From Clostridia bacterium (GTDB lineage: Bacteria; Bacillota; Sulfobacillia; SLMV01), in the NCBI GenBank assembly GCA_003554565.1, contig PWGR01000020.1, forward strand, positions 1 through 40,914: 40,914 bases of DNA. Reading direction: 5' to 3'. Below the pieces are notes generated by a model that was not told the origin of the DNA, did not search any database, and was given only the letters and a program-made list of their open reading frames with translations. The translations under genes were made by a program, and so were the position numbers. Every line of letters starts with the position of its first letter. Position 1 is the first letter of the stretch. Shown piece by piece: positions 9,810-20,982 of this stretch.

Positions 9810-10703
9810 CTACTTGCGGTTCAGGAGGTGCTTCAAGGAGAGGTCCGCACGACCCGATGTTACCGCCCGACGCAGTTCTTCCTCCGTCAACGTCCCCAGA
9901 AGTCGCAGATCCTCGTCCAGAATCCAGATAATCGCAAAACCGTAGCGGCCCAGGCGGCGGCTCACCCGCGCCGCAGTCTCATCTTCATACGCGCTGACAT
10001 GTTCTACCGGGGGAGGGGAGCGGCGGTCACATCTTGATATCTGTCTCCGGAATAAATTGCCCAGTGCCGCGGTCGGGGCTTCACTCCTCTCCTGCAGAGC
10101 AGCGACCACAAGAATGATACCTGCACCTCCAACTACCCACAAATACATTGACTGGGTCATAGCCAGGTATACCGTCGCAACGATCAGAGCAGCGCCGCAG
10201 CCCACTCCCCACTGCGCCATTATCCTGGTCGCCTCAACCACGCCAGCGGTCTCCGCCAGGTAACCTCGCAGTATCCTCCCGCCGTCCAGCGGCAGTGCCG
10301 GGATGAGATTCAAAAGCGCCAACGCCAGATTGACAGACAGAAAGAATTCCCACCAGTATCCACCGCCCATACCCAGGGAGCCAAAGAGCAGACCCAAGGC
10401 CAACAGGATGAAGTTGTTCAGTGGTCCCGCCGCTGCAATCGGTGCCTCGGCATCCGGGCGTCCGGACATACCGCCGATTTCCATTCGGGCACCAAACGGC
10501 AGTACATCAATGCTCGCCACGCCCATTCCGTAACCCCGGAGCACAATGTAGTGGGCCATCTCGTGCGTAACCAGTGCCCCCAGTACCAGTATCATTTCCC
10601 GCAATCTTCCCGTGAATACTACCCACCCGAGCACCAGGATGCAAAAAAGGTGAACGGTGACCCGCGTCCCGCGGCAGTAAAAGCGGATCCTGGTCCAGGC
10701 CAA
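9810..10703 (-). CDS. M50 site-2 metalloprotease with a C-terminal CBS-like domain (SpoIVFB-like)
   Basis: HEMAHYIV (HExxH) and NLIPALPLDGG (LDG motif) in a polytopic membrane protein. Start set at TTG 10703, just after the upstream stop; the longest ORF (to 10820) would overlap the M23 gene by 113 nt. Confidence 0.8.
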   Translation of the reverse strand: MAWTRIRFYCRGTRVTVHLFCILVLGWVVFTGRLREMILVLGALVTHEMAHYIVLRGYGMGVASIDVLPFGARMEIGGMSGRPDAEAPIAAAGPLNNFILLALGLLFGSLGMGGGYWWEFFLSVNLALALLNLIPALPLDGGRILRGYLAETAGVVEATRIMAQWGVGCGAALIVATVYLAMTQSMYLWVVGGAGIILVVAALQERSEAPTAALGNLFRRQISRCDRRSPPPVEHVSAYEDETAARVSRRLGRYGFAIIWILDEDLRLLGTLTEEELRRAVTSGRADLSLKHLLNRK

Positions 10704-10707
10704 CGAA

Positions 10708-11448
10708 TCATTCTTCCCCCTCTCCCAACAGCGGCAGAGGATCGACCGCCCTATCGTCTGTCCTGATCTCAAAATGCAGGTGCGGCCCGCTTGTGCGCCC
10801 GGAATCACCGGAAGTCCCAATTGTGTCGCCGGAGCTGACCTCCTGGCCCTCGTCGGCCGTCACCCTGTTAAGGTGTGCATATAGAGTGCGGAAATCCCCT
10901 GAGTGCTCAATCTCCACGGCCAATCCGTACTCCTCGTCAACCCAGATACGCGCGACCCGTCCGGCCGCCGCCGCCTTAACAGGCGTACCCACCGGTGCCG
11001 CCAGGTCTACTCCAGAGTGAAATCTGCTTTCGCCTGTTTGCGGGTCATCTCTCCAGCCAAAGGGCGAGATCAGATCACCATCCAGGGGACTTCTGAATGC
11101 CGGCCCAGCCCCCTCACCTGCTTCCGTCCCCCCGACGGAAAGAGATGGAGCGGAATCGCGCATAATCGGCAGTCCCACCACCGCCGCCCTGGTGCGCTCC
11201 CAGGCAGACGCCCACTCCATATCTTCCGTGAGGGCGCGCAGAACCACGTCGCCCGCCGCGTCCACTGCGGGTACTGGTGTGATACTGAGAACTCCCACCA
11301 ATACAAGCAGAATGATCGCCGCTGCCATCTGGCGCACCAAGCGATGTCCGGCAACCGACTTCCAGTTGAGCAAGCTGCTCCGATCCGCAAGACGACCGAG
11401 CGTGCCCGGGCGCCGGGGTGCGGTCGGCCTGCGAGGAGATGGTTTCAT
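10708..11448 (-). CDS. M23 (LytM) family metallopeptidase, SpoIVFA-like position
   Basis: HSGVDLAAPVGTPV...EIEHSGDFRTLYAHL...GDSGRTSGPHLHFEIR, with one TM segment. Start taken at the internal ATG 11448. Confidence 0.82.
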   Translation of the reverse strand: MKPSPRRPTAPRRPGTLGRLADRSSLLNWKSVAGHRLVRQMAAAIILLVLVGVLSITPVPAVDAAGDVVLRALTEDMEWASAWERTRAAVVGLPIMRDSAPSLSVGGTEAGEGAGPAFRSPLDGDLISPFGWRDDPQTGESRFHSGVDLAAPVGTPVKAAAAGRVARIWVDEEYGLAVEIEHSGDFRTLYAHLNRVTADEGQEVSSGDTIGTSGDSGRTSGPHLHFEIRTDDRAVDPLPLLGEGEE

Positions 11449-11542
11449 GAGGCGACCCCATCCCTTCCTAGAGAATCGCCATTGCACACCATCTATACGG
11501 CACGACCCGCTCTCATATGCGCACAAACGATGAATCGAAGCG

Positions 11543-12685
11543 TCAGAAGAGGATCTTATGGCGTCGCATTCCCACATTCAGCACGAGGCCAACGCTGACC
11601 AGATCAGCCATCAGGGCACTCCCACCGTAGCTGACGAATGGCAGCGGAAGCCCCGTGATGGGCATGACTCCCATGGTCATGCCAACATTAACCACAACGC
11701 GGAAAAAGAGTATTGCGACGACACCGCCAACCAGTACGGCCCCGTATTGATCGGCCGCCCCGACTATAATGGATAGCATGCGGAGAAAAACCACGATGAA
11801 TGACAGAAGCAGTATACTGACGCCGACCATTCCCAGCTGCTCGCCAAGGACCGAGAATATGAAATCAGTATGCTGTTCGGGCAAAAAGTGCATCTGCGCT
11901 CCCCCGCCCCTGAACAGACCGTTCCCCGCAACCCTTCCAGAGCCTATGGCGATCACCGACTGCTGCAGATGGTACCCGGCACCGGTGGGATCAGCGGTGG
12001 GGTCCACAAACGCAATCAACCTGTTTACCATGTAAGGTTGCAGCAGCGGAATATCCACTCCGTAGCGAACGTGCGAAAGAAGAAGCACAACCACGGCCGC
12101 AAGACCGGTCCAGGCAGCAGCCAGAAGGCGCCAGGGACTGAAACCGGCTATATACAGCTGTCCCAGGAGCACCGCTGCAAACACCAGCGCTGTACCCAGG
12201 TCGGGCTGCACCACCACGAGCCCCGCCGGCACCCCGACGTGCACTGCAGACCAGAAGAGATCCATCCAGGTATAGTCCCTCTTGCTGTCCGAACCCACCG
12301 CACATACCTGGTTGGCCAGCGTAATAAGCACCAGAACGCGAGCTACCTCGGCGGGTTGAAAGCTCAAAGGGCCCACCGGGAGCCACCTGGTAGCGCCACC
12401 CGCCTCCACTCCAACCATCAGCACCGCCACCAGCATCCCCAGGGAAGCCGCGTACAGGAGGCGCGAAAAAGTACGGATATGGCGGTAATCCACGAGCATG
12501 GTCGCCACCATCAGCCCGAGTCCCGCCAGCCCGTAAGCCCCCTGCCGCCGGACAAAGGGGGAATCCAGAATGGTCCGCCAGCTGTCCGCCGTGGATCCGG
12601 CAATCATCAGCATGCCGAGGATCATGATTACCATCACTGCAACGATCAAAATCCAGTCAATGCGGCGCAGAAGGCGTCTCCACAC
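11543..12685 (-). CDS. rodA: SEDS family peptidoglycan polymerase RodA
   Basis: FtsW/RodA/SpoVE multi-TM pattern (PDLGTALVF, LPEQHTDFIFSVLGEQLG, TGLPLPFVSYGGSA). It sits beside minE. Confidence 0.88.
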   Translation of the reverse strand: MWRRLLRRIDWILIVAVMVIMILGMLMIAGSTADSWRTILDSPFVRRQGAYGLAGLGLMVATMLVDYRHIRTFSRLLYAASLGMLVAVLMVGVEAGGATRWLPVGPLSFQPAEVARVLVLITLANQVCAVGSDSKRDYTWMDLFWSAVHVGVPAGLVVVQPDLGTALVFAAVLLGQLYIAGFSPWRLLAAAWTGLAAVVVLLLSHVRYGVDIPLLQPYMVNRLIAFVDPTADPTGAGYHLQQSVIAIGSGRVAGNGLFRGGGAQMHFLPEQHTDFIFSVLGEQLGMVGVSILLLSFIVVFLRMLSIIVGAADQYGAVLVGGVVAILFFRVVVNVGMTMGVMPITGLPLPFVSYGGSALMADLVSVGLVLNVGMRRHKILF

Positions 12686-12710
12686 CCTGACAGAGTCCCC
12701 TTTCTTATTC

Positions 12711-12977
12711 TCAGCGGCGGTCTCTGCGCATTCCGATCACCGGAATGCTGGCTACCAGGGACCGGGTATCCCCGTCACTGTCATCGAACTCGACAGTGAT
12801 ACCCGACTCCTCGATCTCAATATAGTTTGATATGACGTCTATCAAATCATCTTTCAGGGGCTCGAGTATACCCGGAGGTATCCTCATCCTGTCGTGGCTG
12901 AGGACGAGCTGCAGCCTCTCTTTGGCAACCTGCTTGCTGGATTTCCTCCTGCCGAACAACGCATCCAAAAAACCCAT
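12711..12977 (-). CDS. minE: Cell division topological specificity factor MinE
   Basis: MGFLDALFGRRKSSKQVAKERLQLVLSHDR. The internal ATG at 12977 gives 88 aa and clears the minD stop. Confidence 0.9.
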   Translation of the reverse strand: MGFLDALFGRRKSSKQVAKERLQLVLSHDRMRIPPGILEPLKDDLIDVISNYIEIEESGITVEFDDSDGDTRSLVASIPVIGMRRDRR

Positions 12978-12990
12978 AATGGAGCCTCCT

Positions 12991-13863
12991 TCATCGCCCA
13001 CGAAGACCGAAGAACTGTCCCAGTCGCCGGATAAATGATCTGTCCCCATCCATCTCCAGGAAGGGCACTTCCTCGCCCGTAATCCTGCGAGCCGCATTCA
13101 TGAATGCCTGCCCGGCCAGAGAGCTCGAGTTGTTCACCACCGGCTCGCCCCGGTTCGTGCTCACGACTATTCTATCATCTTCCGGTATCACAGCCAGCAG
13201 ACTCACTGCGAGGATATCAATGGTATCTTCAATGTCCATCATATCTCCGGTCCTTACCATATTCGGGCGCAGCCTGTTGATCAGAAGCTGCGGTCGTGCC
13301 AGGCTCTCCGCCTCCAGCAGGCCTATGATGCGGTCGGCATCCCGCACGGCAGAGACCTCGGGTGTGGTGATGATGAATGCCCGATCCGCTCCCGATACCG
13401 CATTCTTGAAGCCCTGTTCTATACCCGCCGGAGAATCCACGATAATGTAGTCGAGATACTCTGCTCCCCCTGCCTCGGTCGACAGATTGACTTCTTTCAA
13501 CTGATCACATATGTTCCGCATCTGCTCCGGGCTGACCGCACTCTTGTCCTTGGTCTGGGCCGCCGGGAGCAGGTAAAGCCGTTCGTAACGCTTGTCCTTG
13601 ATCAGCGCCTGCTTCAAACGACAGAATCCGTCGACCACATCGACAAGGTCGTAGACGATCCGGTTTTCGAGACCCAACACTACATCCAGATTGCGGAGCC
13701 CGATATCGGCATCGACTAGCGCCACCCGGTACCCCAAGTTCGCCAATGCCGCACCAATATTGGCCGTGGCCGTGGTCTTGCCGACGCCTCCCTTACCTGA
13801 TGTTATGACCAGTGTCTCTCCCAATGGTTTACCTGGTGTGATGTATGCGTCATCCGCGCGCAC
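12991..13863 (-). CDS. minD: Septum site-determining ATPase MinD
   Basis: Deviant Walker A ITSGKGGVGKTT, DADIGLRNLD, and an amphipathic C-terminal helix. Confidence 0.95.
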   Translation of the reverse strand: MRADDAYITPGKPLGETLVITSGKGGVGKTTATANIGAALANLGYRVALVDADIGLRNLDVVLGLENRIVYDLVDVVDGFCRLKQALIKDKRYERLYLLPAAQTKDKSAVSPEQMRNICDQLKEVNLSTEAGGAEYLDYIIVDSPAGIEQGFKNAVSGADRAFIITTPEVSAVRDADRIIGLLEAESLARPQLLINRLRPNMVRTGDMMDIEDTIDILAVSLLAVIPEDDRIVVSTNRGEPVVNNSSSLAGQAFMNAARRITGEEVPFLEMDGDRSFIRRLGQFFGLRGR

Positions 13864-13965
13864 CCAATTACACAGCGCTTAAGCGCTGCCGGCCCGTCAC
13901 CAGGTTTATCACTCTCCTCCAGCCTCGGATTTGGCTTGCGCCTTCGGGCTTCACGGGCCTGATCT

Positions 13966-14751
<786 letters not shown>

Positions 14752-16758
14752 CTATTCTCCAGCTGTTATGTCGTCATCTGTCGAAGGCAGGGGAGCGGCC
14801 CCGATCTCAAAATAGGAATCCATGATTGCCCGCACCACCGGTGCAGCCGCCATAGATCCCCCACCGCCGTGATAGATAATGGAGGCCACGGCGATCTCGG
14901 GATCATCTGCCGGCGCGTAGGCAACAAACCAACCGTGATTATCGCGTCTCTCTCCGATTCCACCCACCTCCGCCGTGCCGGTCTTACCGGCCACAGAAAC
15001 CTCGTCACCCGTTCGCGGAGAGATCTGTGGATAATCGATGAAGCGAGTGTAGCCAGTACCTCTGGGCTCCATCGCTCCCTCCATACCTTCCTGCACGTAA
15101 CGGATGTTTTCGTCTGAAGCCGACAGTATGTGAGTCACCTCCGGTTCCATCTCCCACACAACGTCGCCTTCAGTGTTCACCACACGCTGGACCAGAAAGG
15201 GTTTCACTCGCTCACCGCCACTGGCCAAGGTTGAAGTGTACAATGCCATCTGCAGGGGTGTATATGCGTGGTATCCTTGCCCGATTCCGGCCATAAGGGT
15301 CTCTCCCGGGTACCACATCTCACCCAGGGTCTCCCGCTTCCAGGTGCTGTCAGGCCTCACCCCGCCGCTCTCAGTCCCGGCGGGAAGCCCTTCAATGCCG
15401 GAGGGCTGCCCGAAGCCGAACTCCCTGGCCATGTTCGACAGGTTGTCAATTCCCACACTCAGGGCGGCCCGGTAGAAATACACATTGCAGCTTTCGGCGA
15501 TCGCCCGATGAAGCTCTACCGAACCGTGCGTTGTCCAGCACCTATACTCCTGCCCGAATGCCTCCAGTGCGCCCGCACATCGCTTACTCTCCGTCGGGCT
15601 GAGCCCGCCGTATTCCAGGACGGCCATGGCCGTGACCATTTTGAAAGTCGACCCCGGAGGCGATATCTGCGCGACGCAGCGGTTAAGCAGCGGCTGCCCA
15701 GCCGCAGGATCAGTCAGCATGCTCCAGGCTTTCTCCCATTCGCGTGCACCCTCAGTCCCCGACAGGTGAAGCGGCGCCACGGCAAAATCATTGGGGTCGT
15801 AGTCGGGATACGAAGCCATAGCCAGAACGGCGCCGCTTTGAACATCGAGGGCCACAGCAGCTCCGGCAGTAGCTTCCTCATAGCGACGCGAGGGATCAGA
15901 GGAGTCCGCCGGATAAAAACTCCCCTCATCCCAGAGCCCCACATACCTGCCGGTCTCCGGATCGTAGGGAAGCGGGTTGTGCCCCTCCTGGAGCCGGTCA
16001 GTCACAGTCTGCAGGGCATCTTCGGCGACTCTCTGCAGGCCGCTGTCAATAGTCAGTTGGACATTGTCTCCCGGTTTGGGCTCACGCCCCGTAACTGAAT
16101 CTATCAGCCGCATGTGTGCGTCCACTTCCGCCCGGACTTCACCATCCCATCCCTGCAGATTGAACTCCTTCGTCCGTTCGATCCCCGCCTTGCCGACCAC
16201 ATCCCGGTTCTCATAAACTCTATCGGACATATCCCCGAAAGTATCCAGCTCTCTTTCATCTATCTGCAGAACGTAGCCCAGGACATGTGCGGCGAGGGAA
16301 CCTTCCGGGTAGTGCCGTACAGGCTGCGCCTCTACCCGTACACCCGGCAGCTGATACAGGTTCTCCATAAGGCGTGTGTACTCCTCAGCGGTCAGATCTA
16401 TCTTCAGATCCACGGGGGCGTAAGGGCGGTCGGCCGCCTGCTTCTCGATAGCCTCCAGGATGGTCTGTGCGGGAGTCTCAATGAGCTCAGAAAGAAGTTG
16501 CAGCTGCTCATCACTGAGCGGCTCACTGGATGGCAGGTACTGGGCCACGAAGGCCGGTCGATTAGTCGCCAGTGTCTCCCCGTCTCCCGAGTATATTCTG
16601 CCCCGGGGGGCAGGTACACCGAGCACCCGCAGACGCTGCTGCTCGGAAGCCGCGAGAAATGCCTCTCCTTCCACCAGCTGCAGCTGGGCAGCACGAACCC
16701 ACAACAGGGCCAGGACCAGAAGAATCAGGATGCCCAGCAGACGAACTCGCCCGCGCAT
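14752..16758 (-). CDS. mrdA: Penicillin-binding protein 2 (elongasome transpeptidase)
   Basis: STFK (GSTFKMV), SxN (ESCNVYF) and KTGT motifs, plus an N-terminal TM anchor. Confidence 0.9.
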   Translation of the reverse strand: MRGRVRLLGILILLVLALLWVRAAQLQLVEGEAFLAASEQQRLRVLGVPAPRGRIYSGDGETLATNRPAFVAQYLPSSEPLSDEQLQLLSELIETPAQTILEAIEKQAADRPYAPVDLKIDLTAEEYTRLMENLYQLPGVRVEAQPVRHYPEGSLAAHVLGYVLQIDERELDTFGDMSDRVYENRDVVGKAGIERTKEFNLQGWDGEVRAEVDAHMRLIDSVTGREPKPGDNVQLTIDSGLQRVAEDALQTVTDRLQEGHNPLPYDPETGRYVGLWDEGSFYPADSSDPSRRYEEATAGAAVALDVQSGAVLAMASYPDYDPNDFAVAPLHLSGTEGAREWEKAWSMLTDPAAGQPLLNRCVAQISPPGSTFKMVTAMAVLEYGGLSPTESKRCAGALEAFGQEYRCWTTHGSVELHRAIAESCNVYFYRAALSVGIDNLSNMAREFGFGQPSGIEGLPAGTESGGVRPDSTWKRETLGEMWYPGETLMAGIGQGYHAYTPLQMALYTSTLASGGERVKPFLVQRVVNTEGDVVWEMEPEVTHILSASDENIRYVQEGMEGAMEPRGTGYTRFIDYPQISPRTGDEVSVAGKTGTAEVGGIGERRDNHGWFVAYAPADDPEIAVASIIYHGGGGSMAAAPVVRAIMDSYFEIGAAPLPSTDDDITAGE

Positions 16759-16789
16759 TCTCTACCCCCTTTTTCCCACGGACCCCGCA

Positions 16790-17287
16790 TCAGGACTTCT
16801 CCCACGAGGAAACCCCGACGCTCCGCAGAATAATGAAGTAAAACAAAACAGCAGCCCCGCCACTCAATCCACCCACCGTGAGAGCCACAGACAGCATCTC
16901 GTGCAATCCGGCGGTCGGAGCCACACCCGAATGCCACAGCAACCCCCGCACCATCTCGACAACAACGGTGACGGCCACGGTCACGGCAACTGTCAGAAAA
17001 AGACTCGGCCGCATGAATGCGCGCAGTGTCCGGCGCACCCCTATTGCCGCTGCCAGAAAAAGTGCCGCGTTCAGTCCCAAGAATCGACCAACCGTTATGT
17101 CCACCATTGCTCCACCGCAGGCGGCGAGACCGAGGGCGATCTTCTCCTTTTCCTCCAGGATAGACGCCGATATCGCCCAGGCCAGAACAAGATCGGGGCG
17201 GACTCCGGCCGGTCCAATGCCCGGCACCACACTGACCTGCACGAGCAGCACAACGCCGAAGATTACCAGATGCATCCACCAGGCCAA
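16790..17287 (-). CDS. mreD: Rod shape-determining protein MreD
   Basis: Small polytopic membrane protein immediately after mreC. Confidence 0.8.
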   Translation of the reverse strand: MAWWMHLVIFGVVLLVQVSVVPGIGPAGVRPDLVLAWAISASILEEKEKIALGLAACGGAMVDITVGRFLGLNAALFLAAAIGVRRTLRAFMRPSLFLTVAVTVAVTVVVEMVRGLLWHSGVAPTAGLHEMLSVALTVGGLSGGAAVLFYFIILRSVGVSSWEKS

Positions 17288-17301
17288 GGAGTGCCCTCCC
17301 T

Positions 17302-18174
17302 CTAATACTCATTATCCGCATCATCGATATCGAGGAACCACTCAAGCACGTCACCTTCCGGCATTTCAATCAACATGACCTCGTGCAGCTTGTGCATGTC
17401 GGCCAGGGGACGGGCTTTCACCTCGCGCAGCAGCCCCAGGTCGTCCACCTCCACCTCAACCACCTCTGCAACCGGGATCCCGTGTGGGTAAACCTCACCT
17501 AACCCCGACGTTACAATTGTATCACCGATGGAAACCTCGGCCGAAGAATCAAAAAATGTCACCTTCAGCATCCCCTCTTGACCCATATACCCGACGGCAA
17601 CGCCGGCATCTCCGGTCCTGACCACCTCCGCCCCCACTCCACTTTCAGGAGAGGTTATGAGCATAACCTGAGCAGTCCGGGGGGTTGTCCGTATCACCTT
17701 ACCGACCAGACCGGCGGGAACCACAGCTATATCGCCGGTGCCGACCTCATCTTCCGCACCTATGTCGATAGTAACCTGGCGCGTCCAGTTTGAAGGAAGG
17801 CGACGGGACACCCTCCCGATATGTACGTCTGCATCGGTCTCCTCGTGCAGACCCAGAAGCTCGCGCAGGCGACGGTTCTCTCTCTCTAGGATCTGGACCC
17901 TGATGTCCGCACCGCGCAAATCGGTCACCTCTTGCCGCAGATCGATGCTCTCCCGTACGATCTCCGGGAAGCGCAGGAGATGGGCCACCCACCCCCCGGC
18001 TAGCTCGGATACCTGCGAGATCAAACCCTCAACGGGAATGAGGACCTCTGACCATATCCATTCCACTACTCCGGGAGGGCGATCTGAAGCCTGAGTGGCA
18101 ATCATCAGGGATATGAGGCATATGGCAACCAGCAGGCTCCCGACGAAACGCCGATCACGCCACAGCTGCATCAA
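17302..18174 (-). CDS. mreC: Rod shape-determining protein MreC
   Basis: TM anchor, a coiled-coil (LERENRRLRELL), and beta-barrel repeats (GLVGKV..., VTSGLGEVYPHGIPVAEV). Confidence 0.9.
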   Translation of the reverse strand: MMQLWRDRRFVGSLLVAICLISLMIATQASDRPPGVVEWIWSEVLIPVEGLISQVSELAGGWVAHLLRFPEIVRESIDLRQEVTDLRGADIRVQILERENRRLRELLGLHEETDADVHIGRVSRRLPSNWTRQVTIDIGAEDEVGTGDIAVVPAGLVGKVIRTTPRTAQVMLITSPESGVGAEVVRTGDAGVAVGYMGQEGMLKVTFFDSSAEVSIGDTIVTSGLGEVYPHGIPVAEVVEVEVDDLGLLREVKARPLADMHKLHEVMLIEMPEGDVLEWFLDIDDADNEY

Positions 18175-18207
18175 TGCGGTCCGCCCCCAAACAGTTTAGG
18201 GCTCCTC

Positions 18208-19251
18208 TCAGGCCAGTCGCTTCGGGACCATGAGGATGCGCTTGAGAACATCCAGCTCGTCAAGGACCTTACCCGTACCGCGTACGACGCAGAGCAGGGG
18301 ATCCTCCGAAAGATACACGGGCATCCCCGTCTCATCGGTCACCAGATCTTCAAATCCGGTCAACATCGCGCCGCCACCAGTGAGTACAATGCCGCGGTCC
18401 ATGATATCGGACGCAAGTTCTGGAGGTGTTCGCTCGAGGCTCACTCGAATAGCGTCCAGAATGTTTGATACAGGCTCCGACATGGCCTCCCGAACTTCCT
18501 CTGCCGTCAGCTGTACCGTCTGAGGCAGCCCGCTGACCAGGTCGCGACCCCGCACATCTACTCCTTCCTCATCTTCGCCGGGTACAGCACTGCCTATCTC
18601 CATCTTCACCTGCTCGGCCGTCCTCTCACCGATCAGGAGGTTGTAGTGCCGTTTGACGTAGCTGACAATCGATTCATCCATCTCATCACCAGCAATGCGT
18701 ATGGACTGGTGGGTGACTATGCCCCCGAGAGAAATTATGGCCACTTCCGTGGTACCGCCACCTATATCGACTACCATGTTGCCAGTGGGCTCATGCACGG
18801 GGAGCCCCGCGCCAATTGCCGCGGCCATAGGCTCTTCGATAAGGTACGCCTCGCGCGCTCCAGCCTGCAGGGTGGCATCAATCACCGCCCTCTTTTCAAC
18901 CTCTGTCACGCCTGAAGGTACCGCCACGACGACCCGCGGCCGGATAACCGGCCGTCGGCGCGTGGCCTTGCCGATAAAATACCTCAACATGGTCTGTGTA
19001 ATGTCAAAGTCGGCAATTACGCCGTCCTTCATGGGCCGCATGGCAACAATATTGCCGGGTGTCCGGCCTATCATGCTCTTGGCCTCATCACCCACTGCGA
19101 GCGGCTCTCCCTCTTCTTCCTCTCGCCGCATCGCCACCACCGAGGGTTCATGCAGCACAATTCCTCGCCCTCGAACATAGACCAGCGTATTTGCCGTTCC
19201 CAGGTCAATTCCCATATCGCGCGAAAACTGATTATAAATGAAGCTGAACAC
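18208..19251 (-). CDS. mreB: Actin-like rod shape protein MreB
   Basis: [34 protein letters not shown] start with GGAAGGAGAA upstream. Confidence 0.96.
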   Translation of the reverse strand: MFSFIYNQFSRDMGIDLGTANTLVYVRGRGIVLHEPSVVAMRREEEEGEPLAVGDEAKSMIGRTPGNIVAMRPMKDGVIADFDITQTMLRYFIGKATRRRPVIRPRVVVAVPSGVTEVEKRAVIDATLQAGAREAYLIEEPMAAAIGAGLPVHEPTGNMVVDIGGGTTEVAIISLGGIVTHQSIRIAGDEMDESIVSYVKRHYNLLIGERTAEQVKMEIGSAVPGEDEEGVDVRGRDLVSGLPQTVQLTAEEVREAMSEPVSNILDAIRVSLERTPPELASDIMDRGIVLTGGGAMLTGFEDLVTDETGMPVYLSEDPLLCVVRGTGKVLDELDVLKRILMVPKRLA

Positions 19252-19255
19252 TCAA

Positions 19256-20026
19256 CTATTCTCCTTCCGACCGACTTCTATCGTCCAAGGTGTCGTGCCA
19301 ACCTGTACCCTGCCGCCTGAGACTCACGTAGCAGTCATCACCTATTATGATGTGATCGAGCACCTCCATGCCGAGCACCTCACCCGCCCCCACCAGGCGT
19401 CTGGTAATCTGCACATCCTCTCCGCTGGGGGTGGGATCACCGCTGGGATGGTTGTGTGCCAGGATGACGGCCGCTGCACTGCGCTTGACACCCTGTTTGA
19501 ATATTTCCCGCGGGTGTGCTGCAGACGAATCCAGGCCCCCGATCGACACCAATTCAACCCCCAGCACCTGATGCTTGGTATTGAGGAGGATCACCCTGAA
19601 GTGCTCACGATCCAGGTAGCGCATGTCGGCCATCAGCATTCTCGCTGCATCCTCCGGGCCGCCTATCTCTTCGCCCCGCGGAACCTCCGCAGAGATCCTG
19701 CGGCCTAGCTCGGCTGCGGCCACTAACGAGGACGCCTTGGCCACTCCCACTCCCGCGATCACACAAAGCTGCTCCACACTGGTGTCGAGCAGCTGGCGCA
19801 GAACATTTTCGTCTCCGCAACCGCTCGACAGGAAAGCGAGGATCCTGTGCGCAAGGTCCAGAACGCTCTCCCTGCTCTTCGGGTTGCCGGTGCCCATCAG
19901 AAGCGCAAGCAGTTCCGCGTCTGTGAGGCGGCCGACGCCGTCCCGCAAGAGCTTTTCGCGCGGCCGCAGTTGAGGCGGCATTTCCTTGATTGTCAGGGTC
20001 CTGTTCTCATCCACTTCCTTTCCCAC
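19256..20026 (-). CDS. radC: RadC-like JAB/MPN domain protein
   Basis: RPREKLL...ELLALLMGTG and HNHPSGDPTPSGED (JAMM motif). GTG start. Confidence 0.88.
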   Translation of the reverse strand: MGKEVDENRTLTIKEMPPQLRPREKLLRDGVGRLTDAELLALLMGTGNPKSRESVLDLAHRILAFLSSGCGDENVLRQLLDTSVEQLCVIAGVGVAKASSLVAAAELGRRISAEVPRGEEIGGPEDAARMLMADMRYLDREHFRVILLNTKHQVLGVELVSIGGLDSSAAHPREIFKQGVKRSAAAVILAHNHPSGDPTPSGEDVQITRRLVGAGEVLGMEVLDHIIIGDDCYVSLRRQGTGWHDTLDDRSRSEGE

Positions 20027-20050
20027 TCTTCATGGGTCGACTCATTTCGA

Positions 20051-20668
20051 TCATAACACGAAATTCCATATGGAATAACCCAGACGGTCAAAGAGAGGCT
20101 CGAGAATCTCCACCGGGAACCCCACCACATTGGAGTGGCTTCCGTCAATCCCTGCCGTCAGTAATGCCCCCCTGCCCTGGATCGCGTAAGAGCCGGCCTT
20201 CCCCCAGTGCTCGCCGGTCGTCAGATAAGCTTCAATCGTCTTTTCACCAAAGGAAGTCATCCGCACTGCAGTCTCACAGGCCTCCTCAGCCCCTGCTCCG
20301 CTCTGTACATCGTGTACGCACACCCCAGTCACCACCGCGTGAGTGCGCCCGGAGAGCGACTGCAGCATCAGTCTCGCATCGCCTTCATCTTCGGGCTTGC
20401 CGAGCACCTGACCGTCCAGAACCACAACCGTGTCGGCTCCTATAACCAGTCCCTCGCTCACACGACCCGCCACCTCGCGGGCCTTACGACCCGCAAGTGC
20501 GGTGACCATTAATCCAGGGTCATCATCTGCCAGCATCCACATCTCCTCAGAGACATCGGGAACCTCCACATCGAACTCCAGTCCCAAAGAAGAAAACAGG
20601 GCGCGCCGCCGGGGTGAACTGGAGGCCAGCACCAAGCGAGCCGTTGGACCCGTCCACCTTTCTCCCAT
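20051..20668 (-). CDS. maf: Maf-like nucleoside triphosphate pyrophosphatase
   Basis: LVLASSSPRRRALF...GADTVVVLDG...GKAGSYAIQG. ATG at 20668 follows GGAGGAAG with an 8-nt gap. Confidence 0.9.
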   Translation of the reverse strand: MGERWTGPTARLVLASSSPRRRALFSSLGLEFDVEVPDVSEEMWMLADDDPGLMVTALAGRKAREVAGRVSEGLVIGADTVVVLDGQVLGKPEDEGDARLMLQSLSGRTHAVVTGVCVHDVQSGAGAEEACETAVRMTSFGEKTIEAYLTTGEHWGKAGSYAIQGRGALLTAGIDGSHSNVVGFPVEILEPLFDRLGYSIWNFVL

Positions 20669-20673
20669 ACCTG

Positions 20674-20943
20674 TCACTTCCTCCACAACAGAAATCCGAA
20701 AACTGCACCAAGACCACCCAGCAGCGAGAGGTTCAGGGTGGCTCCCAGCGTCACGCTCACCACGTTGAGCAGGCGGAAGGTGACCGGCGACACGCCGAGC
20801 ACGGCGCTTTCGGCCAGCACCGGAACATATGGGGCAACCAGCTCGCCAATAATGTTGCCCACAAATGCTCCCACTATCAGGAGCAAAATCAGCATCAGCA
20901 AACTCTGTCTCTTGACTTCTCGTCGCACTTGGGGCCTCCTCAC
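20674..20943 (-). CDS. DUF4321 small membrane protein
   Basis: LLLIVGAFVGNIIGELV...LNLSLLGGLGAVFGFLLWRK matches the DUF4321 pattern that commonly follows maf. Confidence 0.7.
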   Translation of the reverse strand: MRRPQVRREVKRQSLLMLILLLIVGAFVGNIIGELVAPYVPVLAESAVLGVSPVTFRLLNVVSVTLGATLNLSLLGGLGAVFGFLLWRK

Positions 20944-20982
20944 AACACGTACCCTCAGCTATTCTTTCAACTGCCGTCGGCT

